A stretch of DNA of 64,000 nucleotides from contig CDPCPM010000044.1 in the NCBI GenBank assembly GCA_976551045.1, positions 8,990,001-9,054,000 of the forward strand, given 5' to 3'. The notes beneath the pieces are model-generated. The model saw only the letters and a program-made list of their open reading frames with translations, searched no databases and was not told where the DNA came from. Shown here in pieces: positions 37,562 through 49,434 of this stretch (the first letter of the stretch is position 1; every line of letters begins with the position of its first letter). The position numbers and the translations under genes were made by a program. Origin of the DNA: Glaucostegus cemiculus. Taxonomy: Eukaryota.

Positions 37562-38876
37562 ACCACTGGAAATCTCAGGTAGGATGGACAAGGGAGAAGC
37601 TATAGATATTGTGTATTTAGACTTTCAAAAGGCCTTTGACAAGGTGCCGCACAAGAGGCTGATTAATAAGATGAGAGGTCATGGAAGTACAGGTAGGATA
37701 ACAGAATGGGTGGAGCATTGGCTGGTAGGCAGAAAGCATAGGGTGGGAATAAAAGGATCCTGTTCTGGTTGGCTACTGGTCACCAGTGGTGTTCTGCAGG
37801 GGTCGGTGTTGGGGCCACTTCTTACTTTGTACATTAACGATTTGGATTATGGAGTAAGTGGTTTTGTGGCTAAGTTTGCAGATGACACCAAGATAGGTGG
37901 AGGAGTAGGGAGCACTGAGGAGACAGGAAGGTTGCAGAGAGACTTAGGTAGTTTAGGAGAATGGGCAAGGAAATGGCAGGTGAGATTCAATGTTGAGAAA
38001 TGTGCAGTTGTACACTTTGGAAACAGCAATAAACAGGCACATTATTATATAGAAGGGGAGAAAATTCAAAGTACAGAAGTACAAAGGGACTTGGGGATAC
38101 TTGTGCAGGATACCCTAAGGTTAACCACCAGGTTGGATTGGCAGTAAGGAAAGCGAATGCTATGTTGGCATTCCTTTTGAGAGGTATAGTGCATAAAAGT
38201 AGGAAAGTGTTGATGAGGCTCCACAGGGCACTAGTGAGGCCTCATTTGGAATACTGTGTGCACTTTTGGGCCCCATATCTTAGGAAGGATGTACTGATGT
38301 TAGGGAGGGTTCAGAGGAAATCTACGAGGATAATTGCCGGAATAAGCGTTTGTCGGCTCTTGGACTTCACTCACGGGAGTACAGAAGAATGAGAGGAGAC
38401 CTCCTAGAAACATTTACAATGTTGAAAGGACTGGACAGAGTAGATGTGGCCAAGCAGTTTCCATTGGTGGGGGAGTCCAGGCCCAGAGGGCACAATCTTA
38501 GAAATAGAGGGTGCAGGTTTAGAACAGAGTAGAGGAGAAATTTCTTTAGAAAGAGGTCATTGAATTTATGGAATTCTTTGCCATGTACAGCAGTGGAGGT
38601 CTGATCATTGGAGGCGTTTAAGGAAGAGATAGATAGTTATCTAATTAGTCAAGCTATCAACGTATATGGGGATAAGGCCGGAAATTAGGGCTAGAAAGAA
38701 ATAGTTTTTTTCCTTCCTTTAGCTCATGGAGCAGACTTTTTCCCCCCATTTCTCATTTCTTTTTTCTTTTTCTTTTTCCCTTTCTTTATTCTTTTTCTTT
38801 TTCCCTTTCATTTCTTAGGAGCAGACTCGATGGGCCGAATGATCTACTGCTGCTTCCTTGCCTTGTGATCTTGTGA
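37562..38876 (+). mobile_element. CR1-type LINE 3' fragment (RT C-terminal half)
   Basis: YLDFQKAFDKVPHKRL, GVLQGSVLGPLL, KFADDTKIGG and LVRPHLEYCV. Tail tgtgatcttgtga. Absent at 24035-24050 and 46290-46305. Confidence 0.92.
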
Positions 38877-39374
38877 CCTTTTGCAATCACATTCTCCTAT
38901 CCCTGACCACAGATCAAATTTGAGGGAATTAATCCCAAGGATGTGACTGCCCCCTGGAACACAATGTCCAGGTAACTCTACCCCTCCCTGAGTTTGAAGC
39001 ACAGACTCCAGCTCGTCGACCCTCAGCTGAAATTCCTGGAGCAGTCAACAGCTGCTGCAGGAATGATCATTCTGACTCACAGTGGGGTCCACTCCAGTCC
39101 TGACCACTGGAATCAACCATGAACAGGATATGTCACACCAGATGGATTCCTCACTAATGTCCAAAACACAGTGGTAAAGAGATATAGTCACAAATCCACA
39201 ATCTCATTATCCACATCTAGGAAGAAGAGGATATACCAGGGGAAATTCTGAGATGATGCAATCAGGGAAAGCAGCCCTTAAGAGTCAGTGACCATAATAT
39301 GATGGAATTCACCCTGCAATTTGAGAGGGAGAAGCTAAAATTAGGTGTATTGGTATTACAGTAGAGTAAAGGTA

Positions 39375-40572
39375 ACTACAGAGGCATGAGAGAGTTGATT
39401 GGAAGGGGACCCCGTAGGGATGGCTGTAGAGCAGTAATATTTGGAGTTTTAGGTGTAATTCGGAGAATCAGTTTATCCCAAAGAAGCAGAAGCATTCTAA
39501 AGGGAGGATGTTACAAGCATGGCTGACAAGGGAAGTCAAAGACAGCATAAAAGCAAAAGAGAAGGCTTACAATATTGCAAAAAGTTATGGGAAGCTAGAG
39601 GACTGGGAAGCTTAAAAAAACCAACAGAAGGCAACTAAAGAGGAACTTAAGGGGAGAAAAGATGAAATATGAAGGTAAACTAAGCAATAATATAAAAGAG
39701 GATACCAAAAGTTTTTTCAGATATATAACGAGTAAAAGAGAGGCAATAGTAGATATGAAACCACTGGAAAATAGCACTGGAGAGTTAGTAAGGGGGAACA
39801 ATGAAATGGAGGACAAAGTGAATAAGTATTTTGTGTCAGTCTTCACAGTGGAAGACACCAGCAACATGCAGGGGGCAGAAGTGAGTGTAGTCGCTATTAC
39901 TGAGTTAAGAGGTGCTTGGGAATCTGAAAGGTATGAAGGTGGATAAATCACCTGGACTGGATGGACTACACCCCGGGGTTCTGAAAGAGACAGATGAAGA
40001 GATTGTGGAGACATTTGTAGTGATCTATCAAGAAAAGCTAGAGTTAGGAACAGTTTGAGAGGACTGGAAAATTGCAAATGTCACTCCACTATTTAAGAAG
40101 GGAAAGAGGCAAATGACTGGAAACTATAGGCCAGTTAGCCTTGTTTCAGTGATTGGTAAGACGTTAGAGTTCATTATTAAGGATGATGTTTCGGGGTACT
40201 TGGAGACACATGATAAAATGGGTCAAAGTCAGCACAGTTTCCTTCAAGGGAAATCTTGCCCGACAATCTGTTGGAATTCTTTGAGGAAGTAACAGGCAGG
40301 ATAGACAAAGGAGAGTCAGTGGATGTTGTTTACTTGGCTTTTCAGAAGGCCTTAGACAAGGAGCCACAAAGGAGGCTACTAAACAGGATAGGAGCTCATG
40401 GTAGTACAGGAATGTTAATGGCATGGATAAAAGATTGTAAGGGCATCGTAGGTTATGGGAGAAGGCAGGAAAGTAGAATTGAAAGTGACAAATAAATCAG
40501 CCATGATTGAATGGCATTGGGGACTTGATGGGCCGAATGGCCTAATTTGTCTCCTATGTCTTATGGTCCTAT
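39375..40572 (+). mobile_element. CR1-type LINE fragment, internally deleted, inside the RTE remnant
   Basis: NIKEDTKSFFRYITSKR, NKYFVSVFTVEDT and NLLEFFEEVTGRIDKGESVDVVYL are joined directly to the 3' UTR and tail tatgtcttatgg. Confidence 0.88.
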
Positions 40573-40574
40573 GA

Positions 40575-41160
40575 CTATTTTCAGAAAGGATATGTCTGAC
40601 CACAGAGGGGTGTCACTGCTGGCTGCCACAGGGAATGTCAACTGCAGGGTATTTTGAACTATGTCCTCTCAGTGATCGAAGAGCCGTCCGAATCACAATG
40701 TGGGTTCTGTCCATCTTAAGACATGATGGGACGGTCGTCAATATCAGACGATGTCAAGCAAGATTCAGGGATCTACACCCAACATGATGCATGGCCTTTC
40801 TGGACCTCAATCTGGCGGAAATATGGAAAACACTGAATGTTACACAAAACTCACTGTCAACCAGGCAGCAGACGGAGAAGCAAACTGATATCACTGCCCC
40901 CTCCAGGTCAACATCCCCACCCTCTATGCTCTACTTATAGTGAGTCAGCTATGTTGGGTCAGCCACATAATTTGCATACCCGACGACAGACTCCTGAATT
41001 GGACACCTGATTCTTTGCTGTGTCACTGGAAAAGATTAGCAGGAGGACAGAATGAAAGTTTCAGAGATGTTCTTAAAGCCTCCTTGAAGAGATGCAACAT
41101 CCACACAGTCACCTTGGAATCTCTGGCCCAAGTGGAGAAGCGGAATTGCGTATAGTACTG
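40575..41160 (+). mobile_element. Old RTE-clade LINE fragment (duplicate at about 53392-53980)
   Basis: Degenerate IF.KG..SD..RG.SLL, ESQCGF and QLCWVSHIICIPDDRL..GGQNESFRDVLKASLKRCNI, typical of the RTE C-terminus. Confidence 0.65.
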
Positions 41161-43043
41161 AGAGTATGTGTGCATTGGCATCATGTGAATTCTAGCTTAA
41201 TAACCTCTCTGTTCCCCTACCACATCATTTTCTCATTCCAGAAATGTTCTTTTCAGTAATATTTTTACATGTTCCTAGAGAATTCCTTCTGGCAATAAAG
41301 ACCTGAAATATTGATGCGTTGATGTGGTCTAGCTACCACAGCGGCTTTTCCTTCAGACTCAACCATCTATGGAAGGTTCCCATCCACCTAAACCACAGTC
41401 AGGTACAGTTATACCCAAACTGTGAGTGTACCTGATCTCCAGAATGAGAACCTGACAGAGTAATGTTCTGATTAACATGGAGCATTGGGTAACTGTAACA
41501 TAGCAGGTCCCCTCACATCTGATGTTGGAGATTGGCACCAGTGGTTCAGTGAAATTTGATGGACGGTGGATGTATATTTGTCGTCTCTGATTTTACGTGT
41601 CATTAATCAATGAACTGAAGAACGTTGGGATTAGAATCCAATCTGCCTGGACCCGAGTGTGGATATGATTAATTCACATCTGGGATCTCCCCATAGATCA
41701 ATCCTTGCCACTTTTTTGAAACTAATCCGCTTAGAGAGTGATTACACCGGATCTTTCCCTGCAACCTGGACAAAGTAGTTATGTAGTGTTAAAAGGACCA
41801 AATCAAAATGTAACACAGGAAAATATTGACAACAGCAGCTGAGAGAAAGAGAAGCATTTTCTGACATTGGAGACACTCTTGATACTGAGGTTTAGGAATC
41901 TCATGGCTGTGAAGTGCTGGTCGTCTATGTAGGTTGTGTTGGTCCATTAAATGTAAGAGGATGTTTTTCTGTGATGGAAGTTCAGATGTGCAGCTAACTT
42001 GTTGATTTTCATAAACTGTCAGTGTCAGAGGAATTTCACATATTAAAGTTCATTGTACCAGTACGGTAGAAGATAAGTCCAGGACTTGAACCTCACACAG
42101 AGCTCATCATCTCTGTTGATGGAGAGCAATAAAATGATTACAGAGGTGAGATCGACTTGGAAGAAATTGTTTCTGTTAATTTCTCTGTGCCTGTAACATG
42201 GCTAATCTGGAAATATTCTTCTAATTTATTGTAATAAATTTCCAATACATAGCAGATGGGAGCAAAGGCAGACTTTGAAACATAGAACCACATGGAGCAT
42301 AAAAGAAGCTGATTTCCTGGAATTCACGTGGGCTCACACACACCGGCTGTAATCTGACAATGAACTTCCCTCACCCTTGTCCGTCCCCAGGGGGAGGCGA
42401 CAACATGACTTCAGCCTCCGCACTTCCCAAATCTGGGAACTGAAACTTGAACCAGCTCCAGAAGGCCCTGAAGCTGATATTACGTCACTCACGGACAGTG
42501 AACAGAAGGAACATTTGTTGCTGTAGAAATTGTTCCAGCAAAAGTCTTAAACTATTAGTGATATTAAATCTTACAGCATATAGTGGGCCAGTCGGTACAG
42601 CATGAGAATTCCTGCACAATCTATCCAATTATTCCCACTCACCTGCACTCCACAGAGTGCTGCAAAGGTTTTTTCCTCACATATAAATCCAGTAAGTATT
42701 AACATCCTGTCATCTGTGTATGTGTCTGCTGGGCACAGAGGGGGAAGGGTTACATAAGCTGCAGGATATTAAAACATAGGCAAAGATTTAACAGAGTTTA
42801 ATATCTTTAGCATTGAGAACTGTGGTGTAGGTGTAACTGGTGAATCCTGGTGTCTGTACTCAGTGGTCCTGAGGGAGATGCTGGTGTCTGACGAGGGAAG
42901 ATAGCAGGACAGCTCAGGCAAGAGAGGTGATGGTAAGTCAGGCAGATGGGGTCAGATGGGACCAGATGGTGAGTGAAGGAAACGTAGTGAAGACAGAATA
43001 AGTTTGAATCGAACCGAGACAGGCTTATTCAGATCAGTGCAGT

Positions 43044-43595
43044 ATTTTAAAAATCATAATTGTTTATTAGTTGAAAGCACTACAATAAGGACAACCGGTG
43101 TCAATGCACTACATCTAAACAGAACAGAAGAAATTAGGCAACTACATAACTACAGTAGATAATGCAACTAATGCTAACGAAACACATATGCAACACTACA
43201 CCCACTAACGCAACAAGCAACACTTCAAATACGAATCGCTTTTGTACTGTCAATGCCTCATGCGTTCCCATGACAGGCCCACCGAACACAGAAATCAACC
43301 AGGATGTCCACTGAGACGGCATGCTTCCTCTCCAAGAACACGCACACTTGCACATAAGCATGGAAGACGGGCAGGCAGGTGGACAGGCCGGAACCCTCGG
43401 CTGCCTGCCGCCTTGTCCCATGGATCGTCAGCTTGGCCAGGTCCAGCAGAAGACCCACCAGGACATCCTCCGCGCAACCTGCACTTTGCCGCACCAGGTG
43501 ACCGTAGATCAATAGCGTCGGCCTGAAGTACAGCCAGGACTTGAATAGCAGCCCCTTGAGATGCATAAAGAGGGGCTGCAACCTCTCCCACTCCA
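43044..43595 (-). mobile_element. Tx1/L1-like non-LTR element 3' fragment with perfect 14-bp TSD
   Basis: ERLQPLFMHLKGLLFK.WLYFRPTLLIYGH..VGLLLDLAKLTIH resembles the Tx1 ORF2 C-terminus. TSD cagatcagtgcagt at 43030-43043 and 43596-43609. Empty site near 11505-11520. Confidence 0.75.
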
Positions 43596-45518
43596 CAGAT
43601 CAGTGCAGTTACTACTGTTACCTTTGCCTTGAATCTACAGAATCTGTAGCTTTATTCAGGGCTGCCCCTTGGGGATGGGAGATACAAAGCAGGACAGAGG
43701 GGTAAATTTGTTACCTCCCATCTACCCTCCCAGTGCTGAAGCAGGGTCTCGATTGGAAATGTCGACTATCCCTTTCTCTCCTCTGATGCTGTCTGATCCA
43801 CTGAATTCCTCCAGCGAGTTGCTTTCTGTGTCTCTGTAGCTCCAGTGGTGTGGGCTCTCATGTAGGGTCAGGCCAGCTGAAACATTTACTAAAATCGGCC
43901 AGATCTGTGTTAAGGGGAAGTCCAGCGTGCTCACCCAGTGATGGGTAGGAGAGCTGCTCTGGTTGGGCAGGGACATTGAAGTAATTTCACTGAGATACAG
44001 AAGCATTGTTGGCAGAGTTACCAACCCACACTCACTCCCAATGAGCATCTTGGAGATCAGTTGGAATATTCAATAATTCACTCTTTCTTAGAAATACTTT
44101 GGCTATTGATGAATCAAAACATCAGACAGTTAATTCTCACATTGAACATTCCCATGTACACTTCCACCACTGCATCCTTCTACAATCAGAAATTGACAAT
44201 TGCTGAGGTGCAAACATGTATTGAAGATACCCAACATTGCATCAAGTTAGGGGATGTCACATTTGTTGTAACTCATGTGTTTCAGCCCAGGGCTTAGTTC
44301 CTATTTATTATAATCCACAGAATCAGTGCCAAGTCTGTGAAATATCCGTCTACTCTTGGCCTGTGGCAAAATGTGGAACTTAATTATTGTCAGCCAATCT
44401 AGAAGTGTTCATGTGGGGAAATGGCATCCAATGTACAATTAATCCAGCTTGGTGATGTGTGATTCTCAACAAATAACCTTTGACACTAGTCAATGTGCAG
44501 TTTGAAGAAAAAGCAATGAGGAAACTATGTGGTGGTCAAAGTGCATACAGTGATGAGCGAAGGCTATTTTGCCCAGGACACATGGGACGGGGTAGGAGAT
44601 TGGACTCTTTGAACCTACTCTCCCATTGAGTAGACTCCAGACTCATCTTTTCTCAGAAGTTCCCTCCCTCCTGTCTGATACTCACATTTGCTGCATTGGC
44701 ATTGCTTGGAGTTCAAAAATACATTGATCACAGCCTGGAAAATACCAATGACTGAAATGCCAACAGATCCTGAGGTGGAGACTTCCTCAGATGGCTCTGA
44801 TTGCTCAGACACCGAGTACACACAAAGCCATGAGTATACCCTATTGATGATATTGATCATTGCAAAAATCTCGGAGAGCTCTCTGAGTAACAAACCATGG
44901 GATTGCTGTTCTGGAACTATGTATTAGAAATAATAGCTTTCATATGCAGAAACCTGCTGATAATTCTTTAAAAATATCAAGGAAATAAATGACCCAGAGA
45001 GTCTTCTGTTGTTTATAAATTCATAGAAAATCAATGTCCCAAAAGTCTTCTATTGTTAAATTAAACTCTTCTTTAAAATTGCAAATGTTGGAGAAAATTG
45101 GAAGGAATTGGATTGGAGTGAACTCTAAGTATTGATATATTACAGCCCCTCATATTTTTATAACAGTGAGAAATATCCCAATTTTCCAATAGCCCTATGT
45201 AATTGTTGTCTATTTTAATGTGCTTTTGGCACCTACAGTTAAAGAACACCAAGGTAAAGTACAACGGGATGAGCAAAATGGTATCAGTGAATGCTATAAT
45301 ATCTTAGCAGGTCTGAGTGTGTACATGAAGCAAAAAGCCCAGTCAGGGAGGGACACTTCTAAAGGTCCTGTCAAATTACTCAGCTAATAAACTGGTGGGC
45401 CAAAGAGCCTGTATTGTGCTGTATTTTACTATGTTCTATGTAATGGAGTGAGGTTGACAGTGTTTTACTGAATATTTTATTTGACCTGAAGTGTTAAAGT
45501 TTATGTTAATCAAGTTTA

Positions 45519-45907
45519 GGGAGTTCCCCTGATTAACTACAGTCACCTCCAGAGGTTGTGTAAAATGAAAGTGCAAGAGTTCAATAAATAAATATAGCCC
45601 TCTTCAGTCACACATCAAACAACAGAGAAGGACAGAGGGAGTTACAGATATTGTTGCTGTGATGAACAGAGGATCCTTTGGCAGAAAGCTAATTGGCAGT
45701 GAAGTCAAAGTTAAAGAGCCCCACAGCCATGACAACACTTATCCTTTGCTGCTCACGGTACGTAGTGATGTGTTTTATTCTCATTGATTTGTTGGGTGGT
45801 AATTATTTTCAACAGCTTGTGTGTCTGATTCCATGTTTCACCCAGTTGTTCCTCAGGTAGATGGAAAATATGAGGAGGAAATATTTTATGACAGAAATCT
45901 GTGCTGA
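45519..45907 (+). other. Second copy of the candidate promoter plus small ORF (45662-45757, 45857-45907)
   Basis: GGGAGTTCCC 45519-45528, TATA-like tract, MNRGSFGRKLIGSEVKVKEPHSHDNTYPLLLT / VDGKYEEEIFYDRNLC-stop. Confidence 0.35.
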
Positions 45908-47391
45908 GGAGAGGAGGAGAGGGCAGTGAGAAAAGAAAGGGAGGCCTGAGACTGAGGAAAGGAGGAGAATGGAAAAAGCGCAGGAGGCCCAAGACAAAGA
46001 GCAAAGTGAAGTCAAAAAGTTAAAGAATGGTGCGGCATAAAACTGTTCATGGTTGAATCTAGTTGTCAGGACTGGAGTGGACCCCACTGTGAGTCAGAAT
46101 GATCATTCCTGCAGCAGCTGTTGACTGCTCCAGGAACTTCGGCAGACAGTCGACGAGCCGGAGCCTGCGCTTCAAACTCAGGGAGGGGTAGAGTTACCTG
46201 GACATTGTGTTCCAGGGGGCAGGCACATCCCTGGGATTAATTTCCTCAAATTTGATCTGTGGTCAGGGATAGGAGAATGTGATTGTAGAAGAGGGAGGTA
46301 AAGGGAAGAGCCACAGCCCTAATGTTGTCTACAGGGTCAAGGTTCTTGCTCTCTGTTCAGATGAGGATGCGGACTGCAGCGAGGAGGTGCAAGCTGTCCG
46401 TGGTATCATGGCTCAGGGGGTAGGCCAGGTGTGGGGAGAAAATAGTAATGTAGTTGTCATAAGTATAGCATGGTTATGGGACCAGGCACTGTTCTATGCA
46501 ATAAAGACATAGAGTCCTGAAGGCTCAGGTACACACAGACTACAACCTGACCCTGGAACTGACAAACCCGAGGGGAGGAGCCGCCACAGCTGCAGCTTCA
46601 GCACTTTACACACCTGAGAACTGACTGTAGTTCAGGAAGCCCCGACCCTTTAATCTCAGCACTGAGCTGCTCATGGATGGTGACAGAGAACAACATTTGA
46701 GAAGGATAAGGAGACTTATATCAGCACAATTTTCTTGTGTCACAATCTGAATTATCATGGGTGAGTCTTAGATGGAAACTTTGTTGGGGGGCCTCAGCCA
46801 GAGCTTGGTGGCAATGGGATTATGGAAGATGACGAGGGGAGTCGCAGGAGTTCTCTAGCATGGGGCTTGCTCTGGGGTTTGCAGAGAATGGGGGTGAGGC
46901 AGTGAATGATTTCACTGCAGGGAAAATATGCTTAGAGAGGCAGCCAGGGCAGACACAAGACCCGAGAATGGAGTGGGATGCACCACTGCAGCAAAATGCT
47001 CCCTCTTCATGGATAGAGGGGATTGTATCCAACTTTGGAACTTTGTATCTACCTGTGCACAAACCTGCAGCATTAAGGAGCACAGACTGTGAAAGGGAGA
47101 TCGATTTCCTGGAAATCACAGGTTTAAGCTCCACCGTGTGGTCAGCACATTCTCCTGAGTTGTGCAATTTCGAAGTGACTTAGAAGTAAAGCCCGGAACT
47201 GGATTGTGTTTGCTCCAAATAAAACGATTGGTTCATTTTGCAACAGTCACTCTGCCAACGGTGCCTTTTACACTTCTTCCCTAATATTAAGAGTGAAATC
47301 TTAAGAAATCACACATGACTGATCCACCATCTATTGTGATATGTAATGCCACCTGCAGCTGCACACCACACGTGGCAACATGTTAAACTCT

Positions 47392-47508
47392 GAAAGTGAA
47401 AGCAGATCTGCCTCAGTTGCAGGGAAATTCCCCCCCTCATGACGTCAGTGTCTGGCAGATTTCACTGCAGGAGATGATACAAATGAGAGAAGAGAATCCC
47501 CATAAATA
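47392..47508 (+). promoter_or_regulatory. Chemokine copy 4 proximal promoter
   Basis: Full IRF-E GAAAGTGAAAGC 47392-47403, kB GGGAAATTCC 47422-47431, perfect CRE TGACGTCA 47440-47447, CATAAATA 47501-47508. Upstream GAS TTCCTGGAA at 47106-47114. Confidence 0.78.
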
Positions 47509-47601
47509 GGAGCTCACTGGATGACTGCAGCAGAACTTGATTCGGCAGTGAGCTGAGCTTGAAACAGAAGATTCTTCAGCAGACATCTCTTCAGCAGCAC
47601 A

Positions 47602-49434
47602 ATGTGGAAGATGGACAGAGCAGCCTCTGTAACGATCCTCATCCTCCTTCTGTGTGCCATTGCTGCACAGGGTATGTTGAGATGTCTGAACTTGTGTCTT
47701 ATTCTTTGTTAAACTGTAGCACAAGGTCATGATTTTGTGGTTCATACCCTACTTAACAGATTAATGTAAGATCCTCCAGATTAATGTAAGATTGATTCAG
47801 GTAGCTAGACTGCAGAAATAGACAGAAAAAGCACCAGTGAATTGTGATCAAACAGGATTTGCCTTGTTTCCATGGATTGCAGCTGCTCTTTGATCTTTGC
47901 TTTTAAGGTTCTAAATAAGTTTCACAAGCAAACTTTTCTGAAAATAATTGCTTGCAACATTTGAGAATGAGATTGTGCAAGCACCTAATATATCTCTCTT
48001 GGTTGTGCATTGATGAAACAGAAATGATGGAGAAAGTACCAGCAAGTTTTACAGGCTTTGCTCTCGTTGACCCAACAAAGAAATCTGAGTGAATGTAATC
48101 TTTCCGCAGGTATTCCGATCCCAGGAGCGCAAGGACGGTGCCAGTGCGTTCAGACCAGCTCTGATGTTATTCGTCCGAAGTTCATCCAGAGTTTGAAATA
48201 TATTCCCAGAGGATCTCACTGTGAGAACGCAGAGATAATGTGAGTAAACGAGTCGGAGCATCACCTTTAACCTTATCCATTCTGATTTTTATTAGATAAG
48301 CAGAGCACTTTAAGGGAGGACATTGAATTTCTGTGAATTAAAATTTAAATGTCACCTTCTCTTCACAGAGTCACCCTGAAAAATAAGAAGAAAGTGTGTG
48401 TGGATCCTGATGCCAAGTGGTTGCAGGTTCTCATCACAGCCAAGAAAGGTCAGTGTTTGTTGTCTGCCAGAATTCACACTTTCCCTGTGAATGAACATGG
48501 GTGTCACGAGATTTTTCTTTGTGTGAGTCAGTCCATCATGGTGGAGGGTGCTGTCTGCTCCTCCCTGCTGAACATTCCCTCCAGCATTTGGCACCTTCCA
48601 GTACTTTACTTAAGTACCCTCCCTGTATGTGTGAGCCATAACCTGGTATGTCAGCAAACTATTTGACCACGGTGGTGTCAGAGCTAGGCCTCTCACTCCC
48701 CTCACTCAGCGTTCACTATTGATGTTCCTGGGAGCTGTGATGGGGACCTGGAAGCAGAAGATGGGTCACTGGAAAACTACCATTTGCAGGAGTGGTGACT
48801 GGGACCAATTGTCACATCTTTTATAACCCGGCTCATACCAACCAATGAAAGACAATCTGTGATCAAAGCAGGGACATAAGGAATAAAATACTTAATAGTG
48901 ATCTTCCTCACAGGCTGCAGGCAGAGACCATGGGCAGTTGAGGGAATGAGGCATTAGGGTGCCAATTGAGTAGAATACTTTGTCCTGGATGGTCTCCAGT
49001 GTCTTGGTGTTACAGCTTCACTGATCCAGGGAAAGAGGGAGTGTTCAACACACTCCAGAGTTGTGCCTTGTAGATATTCAGGAAGACAGCAATGGTAATG
49101 CCAAGGATGGTCCTTGGGATATTGTCTGGCTTGTTGGTCAGAACAAATGCTACCTGGCACTTACACATTCATGCCCGAATGCTGTCAAGGTCCTTATATA
49201 AGGTTGCACAGTGTCACTTTGTGAGGAGTAAGATATGGATTTGAACCTTGTGCCATGTACTTTGAATAATGCCCGTTGCAATATTGATGAGCTGCTATTA
49301 GCCTTAAAAGCCATAAGAATCTGCTATTTTTGTGGAAAGTCAGTTTGATAATTCTTTATGCTCTGTATCTCTGTGGATAATGACACAATTTATTCAATTT
49401 CATTTCAGGTGGTAAACAACACAATTCAAAATAA
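47602..49434 (+). CDS. CXC chemokine copy 4, 101 aa; exons 47602-47671, 48110-48239, 48369-48448, 49409-49434
   Basis: MWKMDRAASVTILILLLCAIAAQGIPIPGAQGRCQCVQTSSDVIRPKFIQSLKYIPRGSHCENAEIIVTLKNKKKVCVDPDAKWLQVLITAKKGGKQHNSK, with intact GT-AG junctions. Confidence 0.93.

Larger units (their letters stand above)
31578..39139 (-). repeat. Inverted segmental duplication block carrying chemokine copy 3
   Basis: Reverse complement of the unit sequence. About 33950-39139 matches 58822-64000 and 31578-34150 matches about 49440-51955. Confidence 0.88.
39139..46280 (+). repeat. Direct segmental duplication of about 51957-59075 (period about 12.8 kb)
   Basis: Near-identical sequence with shared TE insertions. 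The ORF track repeats at a 12810 offset (43134/55944, 43722/56532, 44061/56871). Confidence 0.92.

Noticed and set aside
38700-38815. Pyrimidine-rich (TTTTC)n tract and its mirror at 59145-59225
   Set aside because: Low-complexity expansion inside the CR1 3' UTR.
44061-44927. Short ORFs repeated almost identically at 56871-57731
   Set aside because: Identity reflects the recent 12.8-kb duplication. The older paralog at 17780-18530 does not preserve the frames.
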